Source: an uncultured Caulobacteraceae bacterium
GTDB lineage: Bacteria > Pseudomonadota > Alphaproteobacteria > Caulobacterales > Aquidulcibacteraceae
Length of the DNA: 64,000 bases
Assembly: GCA_902826145.1 (NCBI GenBank)
Contig: CADEDT010000004.1
Location: forward strand, 5,905 to 69,904
Reading direction: 5' to 3'
This document shows positions 9,021 through 19,104 of the stretch, one piece after another; position 1 is the stretch's first letter, and every line of letters starts with the position of its first letter. The position numbers were made by a program, and so were the translations under genes. The notes beneath the pieces are model-generated. The model was given only the letters and a program-made list of their open reading frames with translations. It made no database searches and was not told the DNA's origin.

Positions 9021-9920
9021 TCAAGCGGCGCGCTGTGCGGTGCCGGCGGGAGACGCGGGCACGAAGAGTGCGAAGGCGCCGTGGGCCGCAAAGTCGGTGA
9101 GGATCGGCGCGAGCGCCAGATCGCCGGGCATTTCATCACCTCGCTTGCCCAGCATGGTGAGGCTAATCTCACACGACTCGCCGTCGCGAAGCACGCGCTC
9201 GATCATCTCGGCCACGTCACGGCGCTGGCCGGCGGAGACCAAGTCAATCACCCGGTGGCCAACCACGTCAGCGGCTGCGAAGCCGGACCAAGCAGCGAAA
9301 GTTGTGTCGATACTCTCAATACGTGCTCGGGCGTCCAACTTGATAGCGGCTGCGCGTGGATGACGCCGCACGGCTTGCTGCATGGCCTCGCCTTCTTCCA
9401 GGCGCTGACGCAAAACGCGCAGTTCGGTCGTATTGCGCAGTAGCACTCCCGCGCCGACCGACACGGGAAAAACAGTTACTGCGAAGTGACGATTGTCCTG
9501 TGCACCGACTTCGAAACGCTCCGCTTGGCGTGTTCGCATCACGCGCTGGACGCGGTCGGCGAGGATGGAGGCCAGAGGCTGCGGCAGGGCTTGCAAGATG
9601 GCCGCGCCTTCGAGGTCGCCCCGGGACAGACCGCTGATAGCCTGAGCTACAGAGTTGCTGTGACGGACACAGAGCGCAGCGTCCACGGACAAGTAGCCGT
9701 CTTCCAAATTCTCCTGAACCGCAGCCACATCGGCCCGCAGCTTGGCGAGCCCGTGCGACGAGTCCTCTGCTGAAGAGGTTGAAAGGACATCGGGCGCGCT
9801 GAGCACAAGGCGCTCGCGTCCGTGATGCGTGATCGAGACTGGCTGTCGTAACGCCTCGTTCTGCCAGTATCCGATGTTACGGATGAACTCAGCAGATGAC
9901 ACGCTGATGCGGTTTGGCAT
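9021..9920 (-). CDS. Phd/YefM antitoxin-like N-terminal domain fused to two PAS domains
   Basis: SVSSAEFIRNIGYWQNEALRQPVSITHHGRERLVL matches the Phd/YefM pattern; two PAS-like segments follow (NSVAQAISGLSRGDLEGAAILQAL; FAAWSGFAAADVVGHRVIDLV). Confidence 0.75.
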   Translation of the reverse strand: MPNRISVSSAEFIRNIGYWQNEALRQPVSITHHGRERLVLSAPDVLSTSSAEDSSHGLAKLRADVAAVQENLEDGYLSVDAALCVRHSNSVAQAISGLSRGDLEGAAILQALPQPLASILADRVQRVMRTRQAERFEVGAQDNRHFAVTVFPVSVGAGVLLRNTTELRVLRQRLEEGEAMQQAVRRHPRAAAIKLDARARIESIDTTFAAWSGFAAADVVGHRVIDLVSAGQRRDVAEMIERVLRDGESCEISLTMLGKRGDEMPGDLALAPILTDFAAHGAFALFVPASPAGTAQRAA

Positions 9921-10158
9921 GAACCCTCCGAATCAAGTTCTGCGAATAACACTGACATCACAGAAAACGCCTTACAACCTGCGCGGGCACGCCGTTCGGC
10001 ACGTTTTTGGCGTCGTTCGTCGTGTCGTATTCCCTTAGCGTTAGGCGAGATAACACGCATCTTTCTGCAGTTTTTGAAACATTCGAAAAATTCAACACGG
10101 CGAGATCGCAAGTCCTTTTTGCGAGGCTTTCACTCCAGAGATCAAGGAGCGCGAAGCC

Positions 10159-10620
10159 ATGGGGTTCTCGCTTAAGTTGTCCAAAAGATTCCGAGCATTC
10201 AGGCTTGTACGTCTGGATCGCGCGGTCCGCTCGAAGGCCGGGGGCGCGGCGGTAGAGTTTGCGATTGTGGGCCCCGTGTTGCTCCTTCTGATGACGGGCA
10301 TTTTCACGTATGGCGGGTACTTTCTTACCGCACATACGGTCCAGCAGCTAGCGAATGACGCCGCGCGCGCCTCGATTGCGGGGCTAGACGATGAAGAGCG
10401 GCTCGCATTGGCGCGCGAGGCCATGGAAGCGGGCATCTCTGGCCAGCGCTTCATGCGCGGCGAGGTCTCACAGGTCGCCCTCTCGCATGAAGGAACGACC
10501 ATCTCAGTTTCCGTTACGTATGACGCCAGCGACGATGTGTACTGGACGTTCGAGTCCTTGATCCCAGCGCCACCGCCAGTGATTTCCCGCCGCTCCACCA
10601 TCCGCTTGGGCGGCTACTGA
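10159..10620 (+). CDS. tadE: TadE-like pseudopilin
   Basis: GGAAVEFAIVGPVLLLLMTGIF prepilin-type motif; LANDAARA. Confidence 0.88.
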   Translation: MGFSLKLSKRFRAFRLVRLDRAVRSKAGGAAVEFAIVGPVLLLLMTGIFTYGGYFLTAHTVQQLANDAARASIAGLDDEERLALAREAMEAGISGQRFMRGEVSQVALSHEGTTISVSVTYDASDDVYWTFESLIPAPPPVISRRSTIRLGGY

Positions 10621-12269
10621 TGCTCTGCCACCCCTTCCTACGCGCGCGCGACGGCGGAATTTCGGTGATTACGGCCGTAAGCTTCGTGGTGCTGATTGGC
10701 TTTGCCGGCTTGGCCGTCGATGTCGGTAGCGTCTACCTGGAATCCCGCCGCCTACAGGGCAGCGCCGACCTTGCCGCGCTCGCGGCGATGCAGAACCCGG
10801 CGCAAGCGGAAGCGCTCGCCACCGCCACCGTCGCCGCCAACCGGTGGCCGCTCGACACACGCGTCCGTGTCGTGCGCGGAACCTATGCGCCGGATCGTTC
10901 CGTTCGGCCCGGCGAGCGCTTCCGCCCTAGCTCTGCCGCACCGAATGCGGTGCGCGTCGAACTCACCACGAGTGCGCCACTGTACTTCGGACGTCTCTTC
11001 ATACCGAGCGGGCGTATGCAGATTCGGCGTCAAGCAACGGCCGCCGAAACGCAGATGGCGAGCTTCCAGATCGGCACACGGCTGCTGTCGCTGCAAGGCG
11101 GTGTCGCCAACCAAGTGATGAGCGGACTGACAGGCAGCAACGTCAACCTGTCCGTCATGGACTACAATTCGCTCCTGCGCGCCGATGTCGACGTGCTCGA
11201 CTACGTCGAAGCGTTGCAAACGCGGCTCGATCTTGAAGCGGCAAGCTTCGACGAGACGCTGGACGCCGAGGCGGAGGCGCCGGAAGCGCTGGCCGCGCTG
11301 GCGGACGTCGTGGCGCAGACAGACGAAAGGGCCGAGCGCGCGCTGCGCGCCATGGCGCGCGCCTCAGAGCGCAGCGGACCGTTGCGGGGGCTAAGTAACG
11401 TCTTAGATCTCGGCCCGTATGGCGCTCAAGATCACGCAACGAGGAGCGCCGACACCGGCATCAAAGTCAGCGCCATGGATCTGGCGACCGCCATCCTGCA
11501 GGTCGCTAACGGCGATCGGCAGGTTCAGCTCGATTTAGGCGGAGGCGTGCCGGGGCTGGCATCGACCAACGTTTGGCTGGCGATTGGCGAACGACCGAAC
11601 AACTCACCCTGGCTCACTGTCACGAGCGATGAAGACGTCATCATTCGCACCGCGCAAACGCGGCTTTATGTTGAAGCCAACGCCGGCGCCGGAGCGTTGA
11701 CGAATGTGCGGGTGCCTATTCTCGTTGAACTCGCTTCCGGGCAAGCCCGCCTCGAGGACATTGCCTGCGGTTGGGGCGGCGGCGGCAATCGCGCCGTGAC
11801 GCTCGGCGTGTCGCCTGGGATCGGCTCGTTGATGCTGGGAGAAATCGATCGCGGACGGCTCAACAATTTTCGCACCAACCTCACTCCCTCACCGGCTCAG
11901 CTGGTTCGCGTAGGGTTAGCCCGCGTCGAAGGCGAATCTCGCATCGATGTTGGTGGCCAGACTTGGAGCAACGTGCGCTTCAGCGGCAGCGATATTGATC
12001 GCGGCGTCGTGAAGTCGGTGCAAACACGCGACGCGGCGCGCGCCACTGTCTCAAGTTTACTTGGGCAGACGCAACTAACGGTGCGCGCAGGCGGGATCGG
12101 CCTCAACACCGGCGCACTAACTTCGAGTGTGAAAGGTGTGCTCACGGCGGCAGCGGCGCCGCTTGATAGTCTTTTGAATGGGTTGTCGGACCTCCTCGGT
12201 GTGCGCCTAGGGGAGGCCGACGTTCGGGTGAACGGCGTGCGCTGCGGCGGCGCTGCATTGGTGGCGTGA
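10620..12269 (+). CDS. tadG: TadG-like Flp-pilus pseudopilin/anchor protein (Tad + DUF2134-like)
   Basis: RDGGISVITA...GLAVDVG...LQGSADLAALAA; NAVRVELTTSAPLYFGRLF; TGATG overlap with tadE. Confidence 0.8.
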   Translation: MLCHPFLRARDGGISVITAVSFVVLIGFAGLAVDVGSVYLESRRLQGSADLAALAAMQNPAQAEALATATVAANRWPLDTRVRVVRGTYAPDRSVRPGERFRPSSAAPNAVRVELTTSAPLYFGRLFIPSGRMQIRRQATAAETQMASFQIGTRLLSLQGGVANQVMSGLTGSNVNLSVMDYNSLLRADVDVLDYVEALQTRLDLEAASFDETLDAEAEAPEALAALADVVAQTDERAERALRAMARASERSGPLRGLSNVLDLGPYGAQDHATRSADTGIKVSAMDLATAILQVANGDRQVQLDLGGGVPGLASTNVWLAIGERPNNSPWLTVTSDEDVIIRTAQTRLYVEANAGAGALTNVRVPILVELASGQARLEDIACGWGGGGNRAVTLGVSPGIGSLMLGEIDRGRLNNFRTNLTPSPAQLVRVGLARVEGESRIDVGGQTWSNVRFSGSDIDRGVVKSVQTRDAARATVSSLLGQTQLTVRAGGIGLNTGALTSSVKGVLTAAAAPLDSLLNGLSDLLGVRLGEADVRVNGVRCGGAALVA

Positions 12270-12380
12270 TGTCGAGTGCAAGACGACGGACCAAAGCGGC
12301 GTACGCCGTTCACATCCCTATGCCTTCAGGCATAGGCCGCCCTCTACCTCGCGCGGTAGAGCGCCAAGCAGAAGCTCAAC

Positions 12381-12395
12381 TTAAGCGCTTTTTAG
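12381..12395 (+). promoter_or_regulatory. CtrA-like box upstream of the csu major pilin gene
   Basis: TTAA-GCGCTTT-TTAG, one mismatch to TTAA-N7-TTAA, about 45 nt before ATG 12440. Confidence 0.35.
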
Positions 12396-12439
12396 CCGGC
12401 AGGGGCGCAAAAGCCTCGCAACAACAAATTGGTGTGGTG

Positions 12440-12934
12440 ATGTTTCGTTCTCTTCTTTCTTTGACGCTGGCAGGTGCAATGCTCGTACCCTCCGCTGCGT
12501 TCGCGGCGGGCAGCGATACGGATTCCCTTGAGGTTACCGCGACCGTGCTGGCTTCCTGCGAAGTCAACGCAACCGATCTTATTTTCGGCAATTATGATCC
12601 GGTCGCGGCGACGCACGTCGAAGCGCAGACGTCGCTGAGCGTTACGTGCACAAACGGCACGCCCTATCACGTCGGCCTCAGCCTCGGTGACGGCTCGGGC
12701 GCGTCGATGGCGAACCGCCGCATGACCAAGGACGGCGGTTCGCAAACGCTGAACTACGTTCTCTATAAGGACAACCAGCACTCGGTTCTCTGGGGCAACA
12801 GCGGCACGGATCGCGTGTCGGCCACTGGCGACGGCACTTCGGACACGATCGACGTGTTCGGCCGCATTCCGATGCAGCAGGCCGCTCCCGCAGGCGACTA
12901 TTCCGACACCGTCGTCGTAACCGTGTCGTGGTGA
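12440..12934 (+). CDS. Csu-type (spore coat U domain) major fimbrial subunit
   Basis: Signal peptide; VTATVLASC...LIFGNYD...VTCT.GT.Y.VGL..G; LNYVLYKD...WG; PAGDYSDTVVVTVSW. Confidence 0.9.
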   Translation: MFRSLLSLTLAGAMLVPSAAFAAGSDTDSLEVTATVLASCEVNATDLIFGNYDPVAATHVEAQTSLSVTCTNGTPYHVGLSLGDGSGASMANRRMTKDGGSQTLNYVLYKDNQHSVLWGNSGTDRVSATGDGTSDTIDVFGRIPMQQAAPAGDYSDTVVVTVSW

Positions 12935-13608
12935 GTCCGCGCGCCCTCCTCCTGGCGTTGGCCCTGCTGGCCTCGCCATCCGCGGCGGGCGCGCAAACCG
13001 GCGGCATCCAAGTGGCGCCCGTGCTCGTCAACATGAGCGCGGAACGCAACATCAGCTCCGTTCGTGTGCGTAACGGACGTGACCGCCCGGTCTCATTCGA
13101 AGTTGACGCATTCGTGTGGACACAGACGAACGGCCGCGACGTCCTTACGCCAACACGCGATCTTCTGGTTGCGCCCGGCGTGTTCGAGGTTGCCGCGAAC
13201 GCAGAGCAGGTTGTCCGGCTTGGCGCCCGGGCGTCTGGTGAGACGGAGCGCGCGTACCGCATCGTCATGCGCGAGCTTCCTAGCGACAGACACAACGGAA
13301 TGGCGCTCGGCTTTACTTTGGAAATGTCGCTCCCCGTCTTCGTCAGCCCCGCGCGTGCTCGCGCGAATGTCGATGCACAGCCGACGGCAACTGGCCTCAT
13401 TCTCTCAAACACTGGCGCGGGCTACGCGCAGATTGCGCTGCTGGATGGCGGTGAGTATCTGAACGCGCCGCGTTATCTCTTGGCGGGCGCATCCGCTGAA
13501 ATTCCCCTGCCGGCGCATGCGAACGCGATTCGGCTCCGTGCTGCCGATTCCGGCGGCGAGCTGAGCGAGCGCACGATCCATGTCGGCCCGGGCGCTTCTT
13601 TGCATTAG
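12931..13608 (+). CDS. PapD/CsuC-like periplasmic fimbrial chaperone
   Basis: Signal peptide; IQVAPV, LLVAPGVF, QVVR, ERAYRIVMRELP, MSLPVFV. Confidence 0.88.
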   Translation: MSPRALLLALALLASPSAAGAQTGGIQVAPVLVNMSAERNISSVRVRNGRDRPVSFEVDAFVWTQTNGRDVLTPTRDLLVAPGVFEVAANAEQVVRLGARASGETERAYRIVMRELPSDRHNGMALGFTLEMSLPVFVSPARARANVDAQPTATGLILSNTGAGYAQIALLDGGEYLNAPRYLLAGASAEIPLPAHANAIRLRAADSGGELSERTIHVGPGASLH

Positions 13609-15805
13609 CCTGCTCTTCGCAACGCCCGCCGCCGCGCAAGATGCGGCGTCGCCGTTTGTGACGCAGCTGCGGCTGCCTGCGCGTGGCGTAACGCGCGACG
13701 TGTTCGCGTGGCGCGACGATGCGGGCCGTGTCTCGGTCGAAGCGAGCGCGCTTGCATCGTTCGGTATCACAGTGCCGGACGGCGACGCGCAGGTGCTTCT
13801 CTCAAGTATTCCGGGGCTTCAGTACGAGGAACGCGCGGCAGCCGGGGCTATCGTGATCACCTGCACGTCGGCGTGCTATGAGCAGCAGCGCGTGGACCTG
13901 ACGCCGGATGCTCAGCAGGCTGAAATCGTTTCGGCGACGGGCGGCTACCTCAACTATGAGGCCGAAGCGAATTGGGTCGATAGCGATGGCGCGAGCATTG
14001 GCGGCATCGCCGAAGCCGCGTTCTTCGGGCGCTGGGGTTTGATTGAAAGCTCCTTCGTCGGCCAAGCCGACAATGAAACGTCACGGCTCACGCGCTTGGA
14101 AACAAGCTGGACGATCGACCGTCCACGTGAAGGCGTGCGCATCCGCCTTGGTGACGCTGCGTTCGCAAGCGCCGGCGGGGCGCCAGTGCGATTTGCCGGC
14201 ATCCAGCTTGGACGCCATTTCGCACTGACGCCGTCGCTGATCACCTACCCTACGCCCGCGCTGACTGGCGAAGCGGAAACGGCATCTACCGTTGAACTCT
14301 ATGTCGACGGCGCGCTGCGCGCTCGCGGTGAAGTGGCTGCTGGGCCGTTCGTGATTGATCACGCACCAGTCGTGAGTGGCGGCGGCCAGGCGGAGCTGGT
14401 GGTCACGGACATCTTGGGCCGGCAGCAGACCATCACGCGCCCGTTCTTTGTCGACACCGACATGCTGCGCAAAGGGCTGAGCGACTGGTCGGTTTCGGCC
14501 GGTGCGGAGCGGCGCGAGTTCGGGAGGAAGAACGGCGACTATGGCGCGGGCTTCATCGCGGCGCGCTATCGCCGCGGCATAACCGACGCACTCACGCTCG
14601 AAGGCGCAATCGAGCACGCGGAGGACACAACGACGTTTCAAGCCGGCGCCGGCATCGCAACGATCTATTCCGGCCACGTCTATATCTCCCGATCGCAGAA
14701 CGAGACGGGCGGCTACACGACGGCGTCGTGGCTCTACGACGCGCGTGTTTGGTCAGCTGGCATTCAGTTCGACCAACGGGACCGCGAGTTTCAAGCGCTC
14801 GGCCAAAAGGGCGACAATGACTTCGAGACGGGTGTTGCGGCGAACGTCTCCCTGAATCTTGGTGACTTCGGCGGTGTCGCGTTCACAGCGGCGCAAGTGA
14901 ACTATGAGGACGAGGAGGATGCCCGCACGCTCTCGCTCTCCTACTCGCCGGACTTCGGTGGCGGCGCGATTTCCTTTCGTCTCTTGCACACTGACCGCGA
15001 GGACAGCGAACTGGCAGCGGGTGTTAGCATCAGCTTTGAGCTCGGCGATGATGCATCCGGCAACGCAAGCCTGGAGTCCGATCGCCGGGGTCAAACATAT
15101 AGGCTGAGCGCGCAACGCGCGGTCACACCGGAGCGGCTGGGTTGGCGCGCACGTGTTTCCGCCGGTGCGCAAGATCGCGTGGACGTCGCCGCGCTCGCCC
15201 GTACAGGACTTGGCGACAGCATGGTGCAGATCGCCTATGCGGACGGTGACACCGGTCTGCGCGTTCGTCACGGCGGCAGCATTGGCTGGATCGAGAGCAT
15301 GCCGTTTGCGGGGCGGACCATCGAGGGCGCGTTTGCACTCGTGGATGCTGGCGCACCGGGCGTCACGGTGACGCGCAACAGGCTAAGCGCGGGTGTGACT
15401 GGCGCCGACGGCCGATTGCTGGCGACGAGCCTGCGCCCCTACGACGACAACACGATCGCCATCTCAGAGGACGATCTGCCTTTCGACCGCGCGCTCACAA
15501 CGCCCGTTCGCAGCATTACACCGGCGCAGGGCGCCGGCGTCGTGGTTCGCTTCTCGGACGCGGCTCAGCATCTGATCGAAACGAGTGTGCGCTTCAGCAA
15601 CGGCAACACACCTGCGCGCGGCGCGGTGTTGCTCCGCGACCGCGATGGCGGGCGCTTCCCGATCGGAAGCGATGGACGCGTGGTGCTGAGCGGTGCGGCT
15701 ATTGGTGATGTCGTGCGCTTGGAAAGCAGCTTGAACTGCAGCGCGGTGGCGAACGAAGACGCTGCGCGCGACGGTTTGCAGCTTGTGTGCGCGGTGGCGT
15801 CATGA
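13580..15805 (+). CDS. CsuD-like outer-membrane fimbrial usher
   Basis: GGYLNY, RLETSW, RIRLGD, RFAGIQLGRHFAL.P, STVELYVDG, GPFVI, G.TLEG; 741 aa. Confidence 0.9.
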   Translation: MSARALLCISLLFATPAAAQDAASPFVTQLRLPARGVTRDVFAWRDDAGRVSVEASALASFGITVPDGDAQVLLSSIPGLQYEERAAAGAIVITCTSACYEQQRVDLTPDAQQAEIVSATGGYLNYEAEANWVDSDGASIGGIAEAAFFGRWGLIESSFVGQADNETSRLTRLETSWTIDRPREGVRIRLGDAAFASAGGAPVRFAGIQLGRHFALTPSLITYPTPALTGEAETASTVELYVDGALRARGEVAAGPFVIDHAPVVSGGGQAELVVTDILGRQQTITRPFFVDTDMLRKGLSDWSVSAGAERREFGRKNGDYGAGFIAARYRRGITDALTLEGAIEHAEDTTTFQAGAGIATIYSGHVYISRSQNETGGYTTASWLYDARVWSAGIQFDQRDREFQALGQKGDNDFETGVAANVSLNLGDFGGVAFTAAQVNYEDEEDARTLSLSYSPDFGGGAISFRLLHTDREDSELAAGVSISFELGDDASGNASLESDRRGQTYRLSAQRAVTPERLGWRARVSAGAQDRVDVAALARTGLGDSMVQIAYADGDTGLRVRHGGSIGWIESMPFAGRTIEGAFALVDAGAPGVTVTRNRLSAGVTGADGRLLATSLRPYDDNTIAISEDDLPFDRALTTPVRSITPAQGAGVVVRFSDAAQHLIETSVRFSNGNTPARGAVLLRDRDGGRFPIGSDGRVVLSGAAIGDVVRLESSLNCSAVANEDAARDGLQLVCAVAS

Positions 15806-16293
15806 TGCGCTTAGCGTTCATCTGTTTGGTGTTCACATGCGTCTGGATGGCGCCGACGCGGGCTGACGCCCTGCTCTGCGGCATCCTTGGGTGCTCATGC
15901 ACGGTCACGGCAACGCCGCTCGACTTCGATGATTTCAATCCGCTCGATGGCGCGCAGGACGCTGAGGGACAAATCGAAGTCGATTGCACGGGCCTCGCCG
16001 AGCTGCACCCCACGATGGTGGTGCGCATGCAAAGCGGCACGTGGGGAACGATCAGCTCGCGCAAGATGCGATCAAGCGCGGGAGATCTGCTCAACTACAA
16101 CATCTACACGACAAGCCAGCACAGCGTCGTCTGGGGCAACGGCACAACGGGAAGCACGGTCACCGTGTCAGGCGGCCTACTCACGCTCGGCCATTGGCGC
16201 GTGACGCGCGCCGTCTATGGCTTGGCTGCGCCGACTGCGGCGACGAAGCCCGGCAATTACTCCGACAACGTCGTCGTCCGCATCGACTGGTGA
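15802..16293 (+). CDS. Second spore-coat-U-domain fimbrial subunit (CsuE-like/minor pilin)
   Basis: CSCTVTATPLDFDDFNP, VDCT, LLNYNIYT...VWG, KPGNYSDNVVVRIDW. Confidence 0.85.
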   Translation: MMRLAFICLVFTCVWMAPTRADALLCGILGCSCTVTATPLDFDDFNPLDGAQDAEGQIEVDCTGLAELHPTMVVRMQSGTWGTISSRKMRSSAGDLLNYNIYTTSQHSVVWGNGTTGSTVTVSGGLLTLGHWRVTRAVYGLAAPTAATKPGNYSDNVVVRIDW

Positions 16294-16296
16294 GCA

Positions 16297-19104
16297 CTAC
16301 TGCGCCGGCACAACCTCGATCTCGAGCCCGAGATTGGCGAGCTGCGGGCGCACAACGGACGCATCGCCGACGACCACCCAGATAAACTTGGTTGGATCGA
16401 TCACGGCGCGCGCCGCTGCATCCATCTGCGCCGAGGTCATACCGCGATAGCGCGAGGCGACGCTTTCCCAATAATTGTCCGGCCGGCGATAAAGCTGGTT
16501 CGAGCGTAGCGCACCGAGCACCGCGCCCGCCGTCTCGAACGAGCCGGGCAGCTGGCGGATGTTGCCGTTGATGGTGCGCGTGTGTTCGGAGGCGCTCACG
16601 CCGTTCGTCGAGTTAAACGCATTGATCTGCGCGATCAGCTCGCGAATTGAATCACCAGTGCGATCGGCCTGAACGGGGGCGTTGATGATGTAGGGCACCT
16701 GTTGTTCGCGCAGGTTCACAACACCGCTCAGACCATACGACCAACCGCGGCGCTCACGGATTTCCGTGTTGATGCGCGAGAGGAAGTTGTTGCCGAGCAC
16801 TTCGTTGGCGGCGTTGAGCGTCAGCGTGTCGTCCGAACCGCGGATCGGCAGCACGGCGCCAGCATAGATCACCGATTGCGGCGATTGCGGGCGATCGACG
16901 ATCACGATGCGTGAGCGTGGCGCGGGGATCGGCGTGTCGAAGTTCTTGCGGCCGACGGCAACACTCGTCCCCTGCCAGTTGCCGAAGCGCGCGTTGAGGG
17001 CGCGCGTGATTTCGTTGAGCGGACGATCCGAGACAACGAAGAGGCGCGCCGTTTCTGGGCGGATCCAAGCTTGGTGGAACGCGATGAGGTCGTCGCGCGT
17101 CAGCGGGGTGACAGACGCTTCGCTTCCCAGGCCAGAGGATGGGCGGCCATAGGGATGGTTCGCGCCGAACACGAGCGCGGGAAATGTGCGCGTCGCCAAG
17201 CCGTTCGGTTGCGTACCTTCGGTTGCGATGGCGGCGAGTTGCTGGTTGCGCTCCCGTGTGACTTCGTTCTCCGCGAAGTCTGGGCGTTGCACCACATCGG
17301 CGAAGAGATCGAGCGAGAGGCCAAGGTTGGCGCTCAGCGTCGTTAGCGTGAGCGCGGAACGATCGAGCGTGCCGTTGGCGCCGATGACAGCACCGAGGCG
17401 TTCTTGCTGCTCAGCGATTTCCATCGCGTCGCGGCCGCCAGCGCCGGAAGTCATCGTCGAGAGCATCAAGCGCTGTGTTCCGAAGCCGCCTTGCGGATCG
17501 GCGGAAACACCGGCGTCGAAGTCGAACGCGACGTATGTGATCGGCACGGCAGCGCGCCGCGCGTAGACAACCTCGATGCCGTTGTTCAGGCGAGCACGCT
17601 GCACGTCCGGGAAATCAAGATCAGCGATCGTGCCAATTTCCGGCATGGGATCGCGCGGCTGCGCGGTTGGCGGACGGTTGTCCGGCGCCGGGCGGCCGGT
17701 GGCGCTCGCTTCCTGATAGGCTTCGCGCGCGCCGGGATCGACACGCAGCGCATAGACCGGGCGCGTCAGCCAGCGGCCCATGACTTCGCGCACGGCGGCG
17801 GGCGTGACATTGCCGTACTCGCGCAGATTGCGCTCATAGAAGCTCGGATCGCCCGTCATGATCGTGCTGTTGGCGAGCGCGACCGTTTTGCCGTTGAAGC
17901 CGCCGATCTGTTCGATCGCGAGCACGCTGCCGAGCACTTGTTGTGTGGCGACGCGCTGGATTTCATCTTCGGTGGGGCCAGTCGTCAGATACTCGCTGAC
18001 AATCTGATCCAGGCGCGCGGAGACTGTTGCGGGATCAACGCCAGGCTTCACGTCCACCGTGACGAAGAACAAGCTGATGCGCTGGAACGGCAGCACACTA
18101 GACGAAACGGACACGGCAGTCTGTTCGTCACGCACCAATATGCGATCGAGCCGCGAGCTATTGAGGCCGCCGAGGACTTGTGCGGCAACGTCGAGCTCGA
18201 GCGTATCTTCGTGCGCTAGGCCCGGCACAACCCACGTGCGGTAGAGGCGCGTATTAGCAACGCGGTCGTGCATCGTGTCATCGATGCGCGCATTCAGCGT
18301 CGGTACATCGGCAGCGGCGGGCGTGTTCGTCGGGCCGCGCGGAATTTGGCCGAAATAGCGCTCCATCAGCGGGCGCGCTTCAGCGACGTTGATATCGCCC
18401 GCGAGCACAATCACCGCGTTGTTCGGGCCGTAATTGTCGCGGAACCATTGACGCACTTCTTCCAGCGACGCGTCGTCGAGATCGGCCATCGAGCCGATGG
18501 TGGAATGGCGATACGGGTGACCTTCAGGGAAGAGACGTTCGAGGATGCGATAGAACGTCATGCCGTACGGCTGGTTGTCGCCCTGGCGCTTTTCGTTCTG
18601 CACAATGCCGCGTTGCGCATCGAGGCTCGTCTGCGTGAGCGCACCCAGCAGATAGCCCATGCGCTCGCTTTCCAGATAAAGCCCGCGATCGAGCGCCGGC
18701 GTCGGCACAGTTTGGAAATAGTTGGTGCGGTCGAACCAAGTGGTGCCGTTCCAATTGGTGGCGCCCATTTCCCGCAGCGGCTCGATCAGGTTCGGCACAT
18801 GCTCGGTGCCGTTGAACAGCATGATGTGTTCGAAGAGGTGCGCGAAGCCGGCTTGTCCAGCGGGCTCATCTTTCGAACCGACATTGTACCAAGCCGCGAT
18901 CGCGACGATCGGCGCCTTGCGATCTTCGTGCACGAGCACGGTGAGACCGTTGTCGAGGGTAAAACGCTCATAGGGGATCTCGACGCCTTGCAGCAGCTCT
19001 TCGACGGTTGCCGGCCGATCCTGGCTGGCCGTTGCCGTGCTCGACGTGGCGCAACCGCTCAACGCCGCCGCAAACATCAACGCTCCCGCAAGCGCACGCT
19101 TCAT
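16297..19104 (-). CDS. M16 (insulinase/pitrilysin) family zinc peptidase lipoprotein
   Basis: GFAHLFEH inverted HXXEH, NGTTWFDRTNY, ESERM; two M16 halves; lipobox LSGC. Confidence 0.93.
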   Translation of the reverse strand: MKRALAGALMFAAALSGCATSSTATASQDRPATVEELLQGVEIPYERFTLDNGLTVLVHEDRKAPIVAIAAWYNVGSKDEPAGQAGFAHLFEHIMLFNGTEHVPNLIEPLREMGATNWNGTTWFDRTNYFQTVPTPALDRGLYLESERMGYLLGALTQTSLDAQRGIVQNEKRQGDNQPYGMTFYRILERLFPEGHPYRHSTIGSMADLDDASLEEVRQWFRDNYGPNNAVIVLAGDINVAEARPLMERYFGQIPRGPTNTPAAADVPTLNARIDDTMHDRVANTRLYRTWVVPGLAHEDTLELDVAAQVLGGLNSSRLDRILVRDEQTAVSVSSSVLPFQRISLFFVTVDVKPGVDPATVSARLDQIVSEYLTTGPTEDEIQRVATQQVLGSVLAIEQIGGFNGKTVALANSTIMTGDPSFYERNLREYGNVTPAAVREVMGRWLTRPVYALRVDPGAREAYQEASATGRPAPDNRPPTAQPRDPMPEIGTIADLDFPDVQRARLNNGIEVVYARRAAVPITYVAFDFDAGVSADPQGGFGTQRLMLSTMTSGAGGRDAMEIAEQQERLGAVIGANGTLDRSALTLTTLSANLGLSLDLFADVVQRPDFAENEVTRERNQQLAAIATEGTQPNGLATRTFPALVFGANHPYGRPSSGLGSEASVTPLTRDDLIAFHQAWIRPETARLFVVSDRPLNEITRALNARFGNWQGTSVAVGRKNFDTPIPAPRSRIVIVDRPQSPQSVIYAGAVLPIRGSDDTLTLNAANEVLGNNFLSRINTEIRERRGWSYGLSGVVNLREQQVPYIINAPVQADRTGDSIRELIAQINAFNSTNGVSASEHTRTINGNIRQLPGSFETAGAVLGALRSNQLYRRPDNYWESVASRYRGMTSAQMDAAARAVIDPTKFIWVVVGDASVVRPQLANLGLEIEVVPAQ

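Noticed and set aside
9021..9920. Type II toxin-antitoxin module
   Set aside because: No PIN/RelE/Doc toxin gene on either side, and the Phd domain is fused to PAS domains.
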